Origin: Nannocystis pusilla
GTDB taxonomy: Bacteria; Myxococcota_A; Polyangia; Nannocystales; Nannocystaceae
Length of the DNA: 64,000 bases
Assembly (NCBI RefSeq): GCF_049337375.1
Contig: NZ_JBMPIV010000001.1
Strand: one strand, 5' to 3'
A model generated the notes under the pieces. It was not told the origin of the DNA, searched no databases, and saw only the letters and a list, made by a program, of their open reading frames with translations. The stretch's first letter is position 1. Every line of letters starts with the position of its first letter. The translations under genes and the position numbers were made by a program. This document shows, in pieces, positions 18,401 through 27,785 of the stretch.

Positions 18401-18824
18401 GTTGCTGGCCGAGGTGGTCGAACTGCTGAGCCCGCCGCCGTCCGCCCGGATCACGATCGCTCCCGGCATGCCGATGTTGACCGCCGAGCGCGTCCCGCTT
18501 CAGCAGGTGTTCCAGAACCTGATCAGCAACGCCCTGAAGCACGCGCGCCGCGACGATGTCCACATCGCAGTCTCCTGGCGCGACGCGGGCCAGTCGTACG
18601 AATTCACGTTCCGTGATGATGGGCCGGGAATTGCGCCTGAATTCCATGAGAGGATTTGGGGCCTGTTCCAGACGCTCGAGTCGCGTGACAAGTTCGAGGG
18701 CGCGGGCATCGGGCTGTCGGTGGTCAAGAAGATCGTCGAGAGCCGCGGAGGCAGCGTCGCCCTCGAGTCGCAAGCCGGCGCGGGCGCGACGTTCATCGTG
18801 CGCTGGCCCAAGCGCTCCGGCTGA
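15462..18824 (+). CDS. Large hybrid sensor histidine kinase with two complete kinase cores: PAS-GAF-HisKA-HATPase-REC-PAS-HisKA-HATPase
   Basis: First H-box SHEFRTPL and second H-box SHDLKAPL, each followed by N/G1/G2 ATPase motifs (first core ends GSGIGLALVHELVRLHEGTIHV; second QNLISNALKH...GAGIGLSVVKKIVE). Receiver LLADDNADMRDY...TDVMMP...DDYLVKPF sits between the cores. Start codon is uncertain; alternative in-frame ATGs encode MGARMREIDW and MREIDW. Confidence 0.85.
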   Translation: MVLDSDVSAGRSGRLHVLAGGGEMGARMREIDWAKTPLGPVDAWPQSLKTCVRIILTSLQPMFVWWGDELINLYNDAYKSIVGGKHPEALGQPASAVWREIWDQVGPRAASAMRLNEGTYDEALLLIMERYGYPEETYYTFSYSPVPNDQGGTGGIICANTDDTQRIIGERQLALLRELAARTTEARTWEEVCVRGAASLQTNPKDLPFALIYIADADRRRVQLAGAAGLPRGHAGAPEVVSTLEDSVWPFAEALHGHERVIEIPPVLGDIPTGAWPRPPTHAVALPIAPSGETGRAGVLLVGLSPFRKLDDNYRGFLQLVAGQLAASIANAQAYEEERRRAEALAELDRAKTIFFSNVSHEFRTPLTLMLGPLEDALSAAKRRLEGADLDTAYRNAVRLLKLVNVLLDFSRIEAGRIQASYEPIDLSALTTDLASAFRSAVERAGLVFDVDCPPLSEPIHVDHDMWEKIVLNLLSNALKFTFEGTIAVALRLRGDLVELTVRDTGTGIPEHELPHLFRRFHRVQGARSRTHEGSGIGLALVHELVRLHEGTIHVTSEVGVGTTFTVAIPRGHAHLPAEKINLRRTQVSSATGAAPYVQEALRWLAGPQQGDDDLAADALGAASDPALEAGPPARILLADDNADMRDYVGRVLQQRWIVDAVPDGAVAFAAALEHPPDLVLTDVMMPNLDGFGLLRALREDPRTRRIPVLMLSARAGEESRVEGLEAGADDYLVKPFSARELVARVATHLQIARLRAAAEREREKLYDLFMQAPVPIAVFVGPEHRYEVANPPYCEMLGRPELVGQTVREAFPEIGEHAMITSLDAVVATGRPVHVFELNIPVMRHGVIRDAYFNYVAQPIRAPSDAVTGAMVVAFEVTEQVLARQRVERLSEELALSNKELDQFAYVASHDLKAPLRGIASLSQWIEEALADKIDEESQRHMHLLRRRVLRLETLIDGILHYSRAGRMRVDAVNVDTGQLLAEVVELLSPPPSARITIAPGMPMLTAERVPLQQVFQNLISNALKHARRDDVHIAVSWRDAGQSYEFTFRDDGPGIAPEFHERIWGLFQTLESRDKFEGAGIGLSVVKKIVESRGGSVALESQAGAGATFIVRWPKRSG

Positions 18825-18914
18825 GAGCGGTCGCGGCGCGCCTTGCTTTCTTTGCCGGTCGCGCCGAAGCTGACCCTTCAGCCTCCTCCGCGACCGCCCC
18901 GAACACGAGCCCCG

Positions 18915-19328
18915 ATGGACACCCGCGAGCTGCACATCCTTCTGGTCGATGACGACGAGGTCGACGTCCTGACGGTCAAGCGCGCCTTCCAGCGCAACCG
19001 GCTGACCAACCCGATCCACGTCGCCAACAACGGGATCGAGGCGCTCGAGAAGCTGCGCGACGGCTCGCTGGGACCGCGCCGGCTGGTGCTGCTCGACATC
19101 AACATGCCGAAGATGAACGGCATCGAGTTCCTGCGGGCCCTCCGCGCCGACCCGGCGCTGCAGACCACGTCGGTCGTCGTGCTGACGACCTCGAACGAGG
19201 AGCGCGACAAGATCGACGCGTTCAAGCTCAACGTCGCCGGCTACCTGCTCAAGCCGGTCACGTTCGGCAACTTCATCGACGTGATGGCGACGCTCAACAA
19301 GTACTGGACCCTGGTCGAGATGCCGTGA
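18915..19328 (+). CDS. Single-domain response regulator (CheY-like receiver)
   Basis: MDTRELHILLVDDDEVDVLTVKRAF...VLLDINMPKMNGIEFLRAL...AGYLLKP. Start chosen at the internal ATG of ORF 18843..19328. Confidence 0.8.
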   Translation: MDTRELHILLVDDDEVDVLTVKRAFQRNRLTNPIHVANNGIEALEKLRDGSLGPRRLVLLDINMPKMNGIEFLRALRADPALQTTSVVVLTTSNEERDKIDAFKLNVAGYLLKPVTFGNFIDVMATLNKYWTLVEMP

Positions 19329-20827
19329 CCCCGCCTCACCCCGAGCAGGAGAACGTTTCGAGCCCGCGCCCCGGTGAGCCGGTGCGCGTGCTGGTGATCG
19401 ACGACGACGAGCTCGACCGCGAGCTGGTCCGTCGCGCCTTCGCCAAGTCCGGCCTCGAGGTCACCCTGATCGAGGAGGACGACCCGATCGCCGCGCTCGC
19501 CCGCCTGCGCCGTTCGCCGGTCGAGGTCGTGGTGCTCGACTATCAATTCCCGCGGCACGACGGGCTGGTGGTGCTCCGCGGGCTGCGGGAGCTCGACGTG
19601 TTCATGCCGGCGATCGTGCTCACCGGGCACGAGGACACCGCGCTGGCGGTCGAGCTGATGAAGAACGGGGCGGTCGACTACATCGCCAAGGGCGCGCTGA
19701 CGCCTCAGCGGCTCGGGCAGAGCGTCCGCCACGCGCTCCGCCTGCGCGCCTCGGAGCTGGCGACCCGCGCGGCGCAGGAGGCCCTGCGCGCGAGCGAGGA
19801 GTTCAGCCGGCGGATCCTCGAGTCGAGCCACGACGGCATCGTCGTGCTCGACCTCGAGGGGCGCATGCTGTCGGTGAGCCCCGGGGGACTGCGCATGCTC
19901 GGCGCCGTCGAGCCCGGCCAGCTCCGCGGCCACCCCTGGGTCGAGCTGTGGAGCAGCGCGCATCGCCAGGAGGTCGCCGAGGCGCTCGCCACGGCGCGAG
20001 ACGGCAAGGTCGGTCGGGTCGTGGGGCCCGGGCCGAAGCTCGACGGCGCGCCGGTGTGGTGGGACATCATCGTCTCGCCGGTGCTCGACGCGAGCGGCGA
20101 GCCGGAGCGGCTGGTCGCCACGGCGCGCGACGTCACCGAGCAGCGGCGGCAGGCGGAGTTCGAGCAACAGCTGATCGGGATCGTCAGCCACGACCTGCGC
20201 AACCCGCTGTCGGCGATGCTGTACGGGGCCACGTTGATGGCCGAGAGCCTGTCGCCCGACTCGCCGCTCGCCGACGTCGTGCAGCGGATCGTCCGCAGCG
20301 GTGAGCGGGCGGCGCGATTGATCCGCGACCTGCTCGACTTCACCCAGGTGCGCGCGAGCGGACGGCTCCCGATCGATCCGCAGCCGGTCGAGATCCACGA
20401 GGTGTGCCGGCAGGTCGTCGACGAGATGGCGCTCAACCATCCCGACCGCGTCATCGTCCACCAGCCGGAGGGCGACGGCGAAGGGCGCTGGGATCCCGAT
20501 CGGCTCGCCCAGGCGGTCGGCAACCTCGTCCGCAACGCGCTCAGCTACGGGCTCGCAGGTACGCCGGTCACCGTCCGCAGCGTCGGCCGCGGGGCGCGTG
20601 TGCGCGTGCTCGTGCACAACGACGGCCCGCCCATCCCGCCGGAGTCGATCCCGTCGCTGTTCCAGCCGTTCCGCCGCGGCGAGCAGCGCCTCGATCGCGA
20701 GCGCAGCATCGGCCTCGGCCTGTTCATCGTCCGCGAGATCGTCGACGCGCACGGCGGTGCCGTGACCGTGCAATCGGCCGCGGGCGAGGGGACGACCTTT
20801 CACATCGACCTGCCGCGCAGGCCGTAA
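19325..20827 (+). CDS. Hybrid response regulator / histidine kinase (REC-PAS-HisKA-HATPase)
   Basis: GTG start overlaps the upstream stop (GTGA), suggesting translational coupling. Receiver VLVIDDDELDRE...VVLDYQFP. H-box SHDLRNPL. ATPase block NLVRNALSYG...GLGLFIVREIVDAHGG. Confidence 0.85.
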   Translation: MTPPHPEQENVSSPRPGEPVRVLVIDDDELDRELVRRAFAKSGLEVTLIEEDDPIAALARLRRSPVEVVVLDYQFPRHDGLVVLRGLRELDVFMPAIVLTGHEDTALAVELMKNGAVDYIAKGALTPQRLGQSVRHALRLRASELATRAAQEALRASEEFSRRILESSHDGIVVLDLEGRMLSVSPGGLRMLGAVEPGQLRGHPWVELWSSAHRQEVAEALATARDGKVGRVVGPGPKLDGAPVWWDIIVSPVLDASGEPERLVATARDVTEQRRQAEFEQQLIGIVSHDLRNPLSAMLYGATLMAESLSPDSPLADVVQRIVRSGERAARLIRDLLDFTQVRASGRLPIDPQPVEIHEVCRQVVDEMALNHPDRVIVHQPEGDGEGRWDPDRLAQAVGNLVRNALSYGLAGTPVTVRSVGRGARVRVLVHNDGPPIPPESIPSLFQPFRRGEQRLDRERSIGLGLFIVREIVDAHGGAVTVQSAAGEGTTFHIDLPRRP

Positions 20828-20898
20828 GGAATGGCCGCACGTCATCGAGCGTGCGGTCGAAGACCTGGCGTCGATGCGACGCCGGGTCCGCGGGCATT

Positions 20899-21558
20899 TC
20901 AGGCGGCGACGAGCTGGGGGTCAAGGGCGAGGCGGGAATGTACGCACTGCAGCAGCGCGGCTTCGTCGGCAGAGACCTCGCCGTCGGCGCCGGCGATGGC
21001 CTCGAGGTAGCGGTAGACGGCGAGCTTTTGCGGCTCGTCCAGGACCTGCGCGAGAACGCCGGCGAGGCCGACCGGGTCCGGGAGGTCCTTCGGCCGCTGC
21101 AGCAGGCGCAACAGCGCGTCGGCCTCGAAGCCTTCGAACAGGGTGGCGCCGATCCGGATCGCCGCGCTCACCTCGTCGCGCTCGATCTTGCCGTCGGCGG
21201 CGATCATCGCCGCGGCGAGGCCGTATGCGATGTGCACGATGTCCACCCGGGCGTCGTCGGGCGGGAGCCCGGCCTCCGCGAGCGCCTTGCGGACGGCCGC
21301 CGGATCGGGGCTCAGGACGGCGCCGCGGAAGACCCCGTAAACCAGCAAGAACGGGTTGATGATCAGCGCGGTGATGCTGAACCATCCGACCACGGCGGAC
21401 AGGCCGACCTCCTTGAAGATCGACTTGCGCACGCAAGGACGGCAGCCGATGAACTTCTTGGTGCCGATCTGATATGCGATGAGAAACCCGCGGACATAGG
21501 GTAGGGTGGCTAGGGTGTCGAGCTCGCGCTCCTGGCACGTGGGGCATCGGTGGGGCAT
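20899..21558 (-). CDS. Membrane protein with N-terminal zinc-ribbon (CPTC...CRPC), TM helices and C-terminal TerB-like domain
   Basis: Internal start MPHRCPTCQERELDT, 5 nt after AGGAGG. The C-terminal part (IAADGKIERDEVSAAIRIGATL...DGEVSADEAALLQ) resembles tellurite-resistance TerB. The upstream part of ORF 20899..21765 is Arg-rich junk. Confidence 0.6.
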   Translation of the reverse strand: MPHRCPTCQERELDTLATLPYVRGFLIAYQIGTKKFIGCRPCVRKSIFKEVGLSAVVGWFSITALIINPFLLVYGVFRGAVLSPDPAAVRKALAEAGLPPDDARVDIVHIAYGLAAAMIAADGKIERDEVSAAIRIGATLFEGFEADALLRLLQRPKDLPDPVGLAGVLAQVLDEPQKLAVYRYLEAIAGADGEVSADEAALLQCVHSRLALDPQLVAA

Positions 21559-21922
21559 GTCATCCTCCTGTCTCTCGGACAGCGGCTCGCACTGTACCAG
21601 ACCGGACAAGAGCGCCGGCATGGCGGCCACCGGCGGACCTCCGTGCGGACGCCGTTCTGCTCGATCGAGGCGGAGCGCGCCGTCCGGCGGGGCCCTGCTG
21701 GCCCGAGCGGATCTTCGGCTCGCCGACGCAAATGGGTCCTTCTCGTGTCGGTCTCGCCGACGCACGCAGTCGATCGGCGACAGCCGCCGCAGCTGCCGTT
21801 ACCCATCGATGCGTGGTCGTTGGCGGCGCCGGTCGACGGGCGGGGGGTCCAGATGCGGGGCGCTTCAGCGCGAAGGCGTTCGCATCGAGTCGCGCACCGC
21901 GAATATCGAGCGAGGCAGGTCC

Positions 21923-22675
21923 TCAATAGACGTACTGCAGCAGCCCCGGCCAGCCGTCGAGATCGAAGTTGATCGGCGAGGGCGCGAACTGCTGCAGGGG
22001 CGTCAGATCGACGATGCGCTGCTCCGTGATGAACGCCTCGCATGCGTCGCCCATGGCGTCGTGGTGGACGCGGACCAGCAGGATGTCGGTGTCGAGCACG
22101 ATCCCGGCGAAGCACAGGGTGAATTCATGCATCGTGCACCCGCCGCTGTAGCCGACGTCGAGCACGAGCTCGTCGCCGACGACCTTCGCCGCGTCGATGG
22201 CGAACATGTCGCCCTCGCCGAGGTCGGTGCAGTTCGGCAGAGCCTGGCCACCGGTGTCGCCGGTGGTCGTGGAGCTGTCGCCGGTGGTCGCGGAGTCGTC
22301 GCCCGTGGTCGTGGAGCCGGTGTCTGCATCGGTCGACCCGGCGCTCGTGGCATCGGCGCTCGTCGCATCGGCGCTCGTCGAATCGGCGCTCGTCGAATCG
22401 GCGCTCGTCGACCCGCCGTTCGTCACGTCCGAGCCGGTGGTCGGATTGCAGCGGTTACACTGCCAGGTGCCCTCGGCCGAGCATTCGCAGGTCGAGCAGT
22501 CGCCCTCGCCGAATTTCGTGTCGCCGGGGGTGCACTCCGTCGCGTCGGTCGAGGCGCCCGTCGAATCGCCGGTGGAGCCGGTGTCGCTGCCGCCCTTGTT
22601 CGGGCCGCACGCGAGGGAGAGCAGCGCGGCGAAGGCAGCCGCAGAGAGCAGTCGAGAAGCGAGGTTCAAGTTCAT
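21923..22675 (-). CDS. Lipoprotein with Cys-rich N-domain, S/T/D-rich linker and globular C-domain
   Basis: Internal start MNLNLASRLLSAAAFAALLSLAC (lipobox) within ORF 21923..23074. Repeats STSADSTSADSTSADATSADATSAGSTDADTGSTTTGDDSATTGDSSTTTGDTGG. Confidence 0.6.
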   Translation of the reverse strand: MNLNLASRLLSAAAFAALLSLACGPNKGGSDTGSTGDSTGASTDATECTPGDTKFGEGDCSTCECSAEGTWQCNRCNPTTGSDVTNGGSTSADSTSADSTSADATSADATSAGSTDADTGSTTTGDDSATTGDSSTTTGDTGGQALPNCTDLGEGDMFAIDAAKVVGDELVLDVGYSGGCTMHEFTLCFAGIVLDTDILLVRVHHDAMGDACEAFITEQRIVDLTPLQQFAPSPINFDLDGWPGLLQYVY

Positions 22676-23509
22676 GCCGGGAGTATAGCCTCGGGTCGGT
22701 CTCCCGGCGCACGGCGCGGGGAGCCGGGGCCGCACGTGGAACAGGAACGGGTGCCGGGCTCGGCCGGCAGGCGAGCCGACGTGCGTGCTCTTCGGCGTGA
22801 CGCCCGTGCCGGCGCAAAACGATCGGGACCGCGACGGGGAGCCCGGTGAGGGGCGCAGCGTGTGGGGGCGGGCGCGCGCGTACGACCCGTCCGGTCGGCG
22901 AAGCGCGGGCTGACCGGAGCTCGCGGCTGCGCGAGCCCGAGAACGGGGCCGAACTCGCTGCGAACGGAGCACCGCCCACGCGCGGCCGAGTACGGCGATC
23001 ATCCGCGCGGCCCGGCGCGCTCCTCGATCGAATTGCGAGTTCGCCGATGCAGGGCCAGGGCTCCGTCGATTCATGGCGGCGTGCTCCGTGCATCGAAGAG
23101 ATCATTGTTCATAGGACTGGGTCTGCAGTCGCTCGGGCGGACATCGCTAGCCTGGCCCGGCAACTGCCGCGAAAGAGGGTCGCGACATCCGAGCGCAACG
23201 AGGGATATTACCGAGAGAGAAAGCAGCTCCGTTGCGGATCTTGCGCGCAGACATTTTTGGCACCCCGAGCTGCAGATGCGCGGGCGTCCGGCGTCGACGA
23301 GAGAGTTTCGTCGTCGCGCGCTCGCTTGCCGCGGCCGCGAACCCGTCTCAAGAGGCCCGTCCACCTTCATGCTCCACTCGGAAGGCGACAAGGCCGACGA
23401 CAAGCAGGACGCGGCCAAGGGCGACCGCACCGACGACAGGGTCTCGTCGGACGTCAATGAGTAGAGCTTCGGCGAGGGCGTCGGCTGGGAGCGCCTCGCC
23501 GGCGGCGAC

Positions 23510-25222
23510 TCACGGGACGTGGACGATGACGTCGCTGAAGTACTGACTGGAGAGCGACCTGTCCTTGCAGATCGTGCCGTCGATCAGGTGTTCGCCCTGG
23601 TCGAAGACGATCTGCACGTCGTGGGTGTCGGGGTAGACGACGATGCTCTCCGGCCCCGAGTCGCTCGGGAACGAGGTGATGCTCTGGACCAGCACCGGCG
23701 CCTGGCCGGCGACGCCGCTCCACTTGTAGAGGCGGTACGGCCCGGCAGCGCCGTCCTTCGGTCCGCCGAGGATCAGCATCGCCGCGTGCACCGGCGACCA
23801 CGCCATCCCGCGCACGCGCAGGCCGCCGAGGTCGAGCAGGATCGCCTCGCCGAACTGCGCGACGGCGCCACTTAGCACCGCGTCGGCGTTGAGCTGGGTG
23901 ACCAGGATCGCGTCGGTGCCTTGCAGCGGGTTGCGGAAGCCGATCACCAATTGCTTGGGGCGCTGCGCCGTGGGCAGCCAGGCGAGGCCCTCGATGTTGG
24001 CGCCGTTCACCTTGGGCGCGAGGTTGGCGTCGGTGGCCTTGCTCAGGTTGGCCGCGGTGGCGAGCGTAGCGATCACGCTCGCGTTCGGCGTCAGCCAGTT
24101 GCTGCTCTTGACCATGTCGTCGAGCAGCTTCGAGGTGTAGCCGGCGCCCGTCAGCGACACGTTCGGTGCGGTCCCGGCGACGTCGACGGCGAAGAAGCGG
24201 TAGCGCATGCGCTCGAGGTTGCCGCTCTTGTCGCGCCCGTGCGAGCTGACGACGTAGATCCGGTCGCCGATCCGCGCCGCGTCCTCGAGGTCGGCCTCGT
24301 CGGAGCTCGACAGGCCGATGCTGGCCGACACGTCGAGGGTCTTGGCGGCGTTGGCGTCGGCGCCGCGCCGGTAGACTCGCAGGCCCTGGTTCTCGTCGTT
24401 GCCGTCGAGGAAGTAGGCGCCGTCGAGGGCGACGCCGAACGAACCGTCGCAGCTCTGCCTGTAATTGCCGGGCGTCGGGTCGAGCACGACCTCGCCGCCG
24501 CCGTCACCGGTGGTGCCGCCCTCGTCGGCCTCGTGCCAGGTCACGCTCAGCTTGGGCCGCTTGGCCTTGGTGCCGTACTCGCTGGCGCGAAACTCGAGCC
24601 GATTGCTGGTACCCGCGCCGTCGAGGAAGAAGCCGCGGTTGCTGCCCGGGCTGGCCACCCACTGCTGCACGAGCGCGACCCCGGCGGCGTTGAGCGAGAA
24701 GGTGACGGGGCCGGTGTCGGCCGCGGAGAACGAGGCGAGCGCGACGGTCCCGCGGTCGTTCACGCCGTAGCCGCCCGCCGTCTGCCAGCTGCTGCCGGTG
24801 TTCCACGCCTTCCAGGTCGCGTTGGCCTCGTTCCACGCGCGCCTGGCCTCGTACAGCGAGAAGGTCTCCGGGCTCTTGTCGGAGATCTCGAGGGTGATGC
24901 TCACCGACTCGACGACCGCGGTGGTCGGGATCGCGGCGCTCAGGTCCCACGACAGCAGCGCCAGGACCTCGGTGTCCGCCTCCACCGAGAGGCTGGTGTC
25001 CGCGCCGTTCTTGGCGATGGGCGAGTCGCCGTCGAGCATGGTGTCGCGAGTGCCGGCGTAGCTGCTGGTCGGCGCCTGGCCGTCCTGGAAGCTGACGCTC
25101 ACCGGCCCGCCGGCGCGCGCGAACACGGCATCGTCGCCGCCGTCTTCGCAGCCGTGTGACATGAACGCGAGCGCGCCGCTCGCAACGAGGGACAGAACAG
25201 GAATGCAGCGAGTGTGATGCAT
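23510..25222 (-). CDS. Secreted protein with N-terminal CBM96/DNRLRE-like domain and C-terminal beta-propeller/phytase-like region
   Basis: Signal peptide MHHTRCIPVLSLVASGALAF. The motif YAGTRDTMLDGDSP...NGADTSLSVEADTEVLALLSWDLSAIP is DNRLRE-like. The C-terminal half (GDRIYVVSSHGRDKSGNLERMRYRFFAVD...ANIEGLAW) looks like a beta-propeller. Confidence 0.6.
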   Translation of the reverse strand: MHHTRCIPVLSLVASGALAFMSHGCEDGGDDAVFARAGGPVSVSFQDGQAPTSSYAGTRDTMLDGDSPIAKNGADTSLSVEADTEVLALLSWDLSAAIPTTAVVESVSITLEISDKSPETFSLYEARRAWNEANATWKAWNTGSSWQTAGGYGVNDRGTVALASFSAADTGPVTFSLNAAGVALVQQWVASPGSNRGFFLDGAGTSNRLEFRASEYGTKAKRPKLSVTWHEADEGGTTGDGGGEVVLDPTPGNYRQSCDGSFGVALDGAYFLDGNDENQGLRVYRRGADANAAKTLDVSASIGLSSSDEADLEDAARIGDRIYVVSSHGRDKSGNLERMRYRFFAVDVAGTAPNVSLTGAGYTSKLLDDMVKSSNWLTPNASVIATLATAANLSKATDANLAPKVNGANIEGLAWLPTAQRPKQLVIGFRNPLQGTDAILVTQLNADAVLSGAVAQFGEAILLDLGGLRVRGMAWSPVHAAMLILGGPKDGAAGPYRLYKWSGVAGQAPVLVQSITSFPSDSGPESIVVYPDTHDVQIVFDQGEHLIDGTICKDRSLSSQYFSDVIVHVP

Positions 25223-25913
25223 GGGATGACGCGACCATCGGGCCGGACAGGCCCGCGCCGCATCCTAGGGATTCTCGGGCATGAATGCGGTGACATGTCC
25301 GTCACGGCCCGGCGGCACCTCGTCACGACGGCGTGATCGTCTCGTCACGCGGACGCCGAGTCGGCGCCACGGGATCGTCGGTACGAATGCTGCGACGTCC
25401 GGGCCGATCACGACGATTCCGTCGCGAGCGCGCCGATCGATCGACCGGCTTCGGTCACGATGGCGGCCGTGCCGGCGCTCGACTCGAGCGGCGCCGGTGT
25501 TCGTCGCCCGGCGAGGCGCAGCCCGAGTTTCGCCGGAGAGGCCGCGCCGATGGCCGCGATGGCCGCGAAGATGCCCAATACCCAATGTCGCTCCGCGACT
25601 GCCACTCCGCCGGGCACGAACATCACCGGCAGCGAGCCGGCGAGCATCAGGCCGAGCGCGGGAGTGGAATGACTCTGCGAGCGCAGCGCCATCCGCATGC
25701 GAGAACACGCCGAAGTCCCGCGCTGGCTGACGGGTCTGCGCAGTCGACGCTCAGCCTCGGGGCGCTGTGTGCGCAATGGGCTCTTCGCGCGGACGGAGGC
25801 GACGTCTGCCGGCGCTGCGGGAACGATATCGACCCCCTTCCGCTCGCGGGCGCCTGCAGGGGCCGACGAGCGCGTGGTGCCTTGGGGCGCATTCAGGAAA
25901 ACATTTTCTGTCG

Positions 25914-26897
25914 ATGGGGTATCCTGGCCCCGGCATGGACGAGCCTTCGAGTGGCCCCGAGGACGCGTCGGCGACGGCGCTGGCGGATGATTGGTCCGTC
26001 CTCCTGGCAGTGACCGAGCAGTTGAACGCGGCGACGGCCCGCGAGGCCACCCTGCAGGCATTCCTCCTGCCGGCGCCGCGGCGCGACGAGGCCGAGATCG
26101 TGCTCTGCACCGTCGACCACGACGCCGACGACGAGCCGGAGTGGCTCTCGGTGGCGGTGGTCCGGCCTGCAGCGGTGCGGCCGGCGCGGTCCCACGTCGG
26201 CGACCGCTACCGCCTCCGTGACATGCCGTTCTCGCAAGTCTGGCTCGAGCAGCCGGGCGTGCCGGTGCTCGTCGGATCTGCCGCGACCGACCCGCGCATC
26301 GACCCGGCCCTGCGCGACCGCTGGGCGGCCGCCGGCATCAAGGCCGCGCTGCTGATCGCGCTGACCCTGCGCAGCCGCGTCGTCGGCGTGTTCTCGATCC
26401 AGTGGAGCTGCGAGGTGCCGCTCGGCCCGCGTGAGCAGCGGATCTACCAGATCCTCTCGCGCAACGCGGCGCTGTTGCTGGAGAACATGGTGATCGTCGA
26501 TCGCCTGCAGGCCGCGCTGGCCGAGCGGAGCACGCCGCTGATCCCGATCACCGACGACATCCTGGTCATGCCCCTGATCGGCACGCTCGACGAGACCCGC
26601 CGCGCGCGGATCCTCGAAGTGGCGCTGCAGGGGTCGTCGGCCGCGCGAGTCACGATCATCGACATCACCGGCGTCCCGTCGCTCGATGTCCGCGCCGCCG
26701 CGCTCCTCACCAGCACCGCCCAGGCGCTGCGGCTGCTCGGCGTGCTCCCGATCCTGAGCGGCGTGCGCCCCGAGGTCGCCCGGGACCTGATGGCCTTCGG
26801 CGATCCGCTGACGGGCATCGTGACCTGCGGGACGCTCCAGGCCGGCGTCGAATACGCTCTGCGGCAGCTCGGCAAGTCGTACTCGCGCGCGACCTAG
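25914..26897 (+). CDS. GAF-STAS protein (second RsbR-like sensor in window)
   Basis: GAF-like middle region. C-terminal STAS (TPLIPITDDILVMPLIGTLDETR...LLGVLPILSGVRPEVARDL) is a paralogue of the STAS at 13161..14336. Start is ambiguous: ATG 25914 or 25935. The ORF-track upstream extension is Arg-rich. Confidence 0.7.
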   Translation: MGYPGPGMDEPSSGPEDASATALADDWSVLLAVTEQLNAATAREATLQAFLLPAPRRDEAEIVLCTVDHDADDEPEWLSVAVVRPAAVRPARSHVGDRYRLRDMPFSQVWLEQPGVPVLVGSAATDPRIDPALRDRWAAAGIKAALLIALTLRSRVVGVFSIQWSCEVPLGPREQRIYQILSRNAALLLENMVIVDRLQAALAERSTPLIPITDDILVMPLIGTLDETRRARILEVALQGSSAARVTIIDITGVPSLDVRAAALLTSTAQALRLLGVLPILSGVRPEVARDLMAFGDPLTGIVTCGTLQAGVEYALRQLGKSYSRAT

Positions 26898-26936
26898 GCC
26901 TCGCACGGCGCGGTTCGGTCGCCGTGGTATAACGCG

Positions 26937-27716
26937 GTGATGACGATCCCGTCCGAGTCGGGCCGGCGCGCCGGGACGAACGTGCTCCGCGAATGGATGC
27001 CCGACCGGATCGTGCGATTCATGGTGTTGCAGCAATTGATCGACGCCGGTGAGGTCGAGCCGATCACCGCCGAGGCGGCGTACCCGGCGGTGCGCGGCGA
27101 GCCCTTCGACGCGTGGGCGGCGGACGGCCAGCGATTCAACGAGGACATCGCGGCGTACATCGACGACACGCCGGTCGACGCGGCGATGCTGGCGAAGGTG
27201 ACGCGCTTGCCCACGGACCCGACTGCGGACCTGGTGTTCGTGATCTGGCCGCATTTCGCCGGCGAGAGCGACGAGTTCGACGTCACCGACCTGTCCGGCC
27301 TCGATCGCTTGCCCGCGCTCGCGGAGCTGTTCGTCGCGGTGCACCGCCAGGTCGACCTCGCGGTCGTGGCGCGTTGCGCCGGCCTGACCGCGGCGTCGCT
27401 GGACTGCCGCGTGCCTCTCGACCTGTCCCCGCTGGCCGCGGTGCGCGGGCTGCGGACGCTGGAGCTGGTGCACGCCGAGAACGTCGCCGACCTCGCCTGG
27501 CTGCGCGCGCTGCCGGAGCTGGCCACGCTCCGTCTCCTCGGCGACCCCCAGGCGCTCGATCTGCGGCCCCTGCTCGACATGCCCGCGCTCGGCTCGTTCG
27601 CCCTGCTGCGCACGGCGTTCGCCGAGGGGACGAACCCGGCCGTGCTGACGTTCGGGGACAACGCGGCGGTCCTCGCCGCCCTGTTCGTCCGCGGCGTCGC
27701 GGTGGAAACGCGCTGA
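26937..27716 (+). CDS. Hypothetical protein with leucine-rich-repeat-like C-terminal half
   Basis: Protein-like composition with repeated L..L.L motifs (LRTLELVHAENVADLAWLRALPELATLRLLG, LDLRPLLDMPALGSFALL). Confidence 0.5.
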   Translation: MMTIPSESGRRAGTNVLREWMPDRIVRFMVLQQLIDAGEVEPITAEAAYPAVRGEPFDAWAADGQRFNEDIAAYIDDTPVDAAMLAKVTRLPTDPTADLVFVIWPHFAGESDEFDVTDLSGLDRLPALAELFVAVHRQVDLAVVARCAGLTAASLDCRVPLDLSPLAAVRGLRTLELVHAENVADLAWLRALPELATLRLLGDPQALDLRPLLDMPALGSFALLRTAFAEGTNPAVLTFGDNAAVLAALFVRGVAVETR

Positions 27717-27785
27717 GTCCGTCGGCCCGGCGGTCGCGTCGGTCCGCCCCGGTCGTGGCCGCCGGCGATTCCTTCGCCTTGACAA

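Noticed and set aside
23251-23274. Sigma-54-like element tTGGCACcccgaGCTGCa in the long intergenic tract
   Set aside because: GG-to-GC spacing is one nucleotide longer than the TGGCAC-N5-TTGC consensus. No downstream plus-strand gene follows for more than 2 kb.
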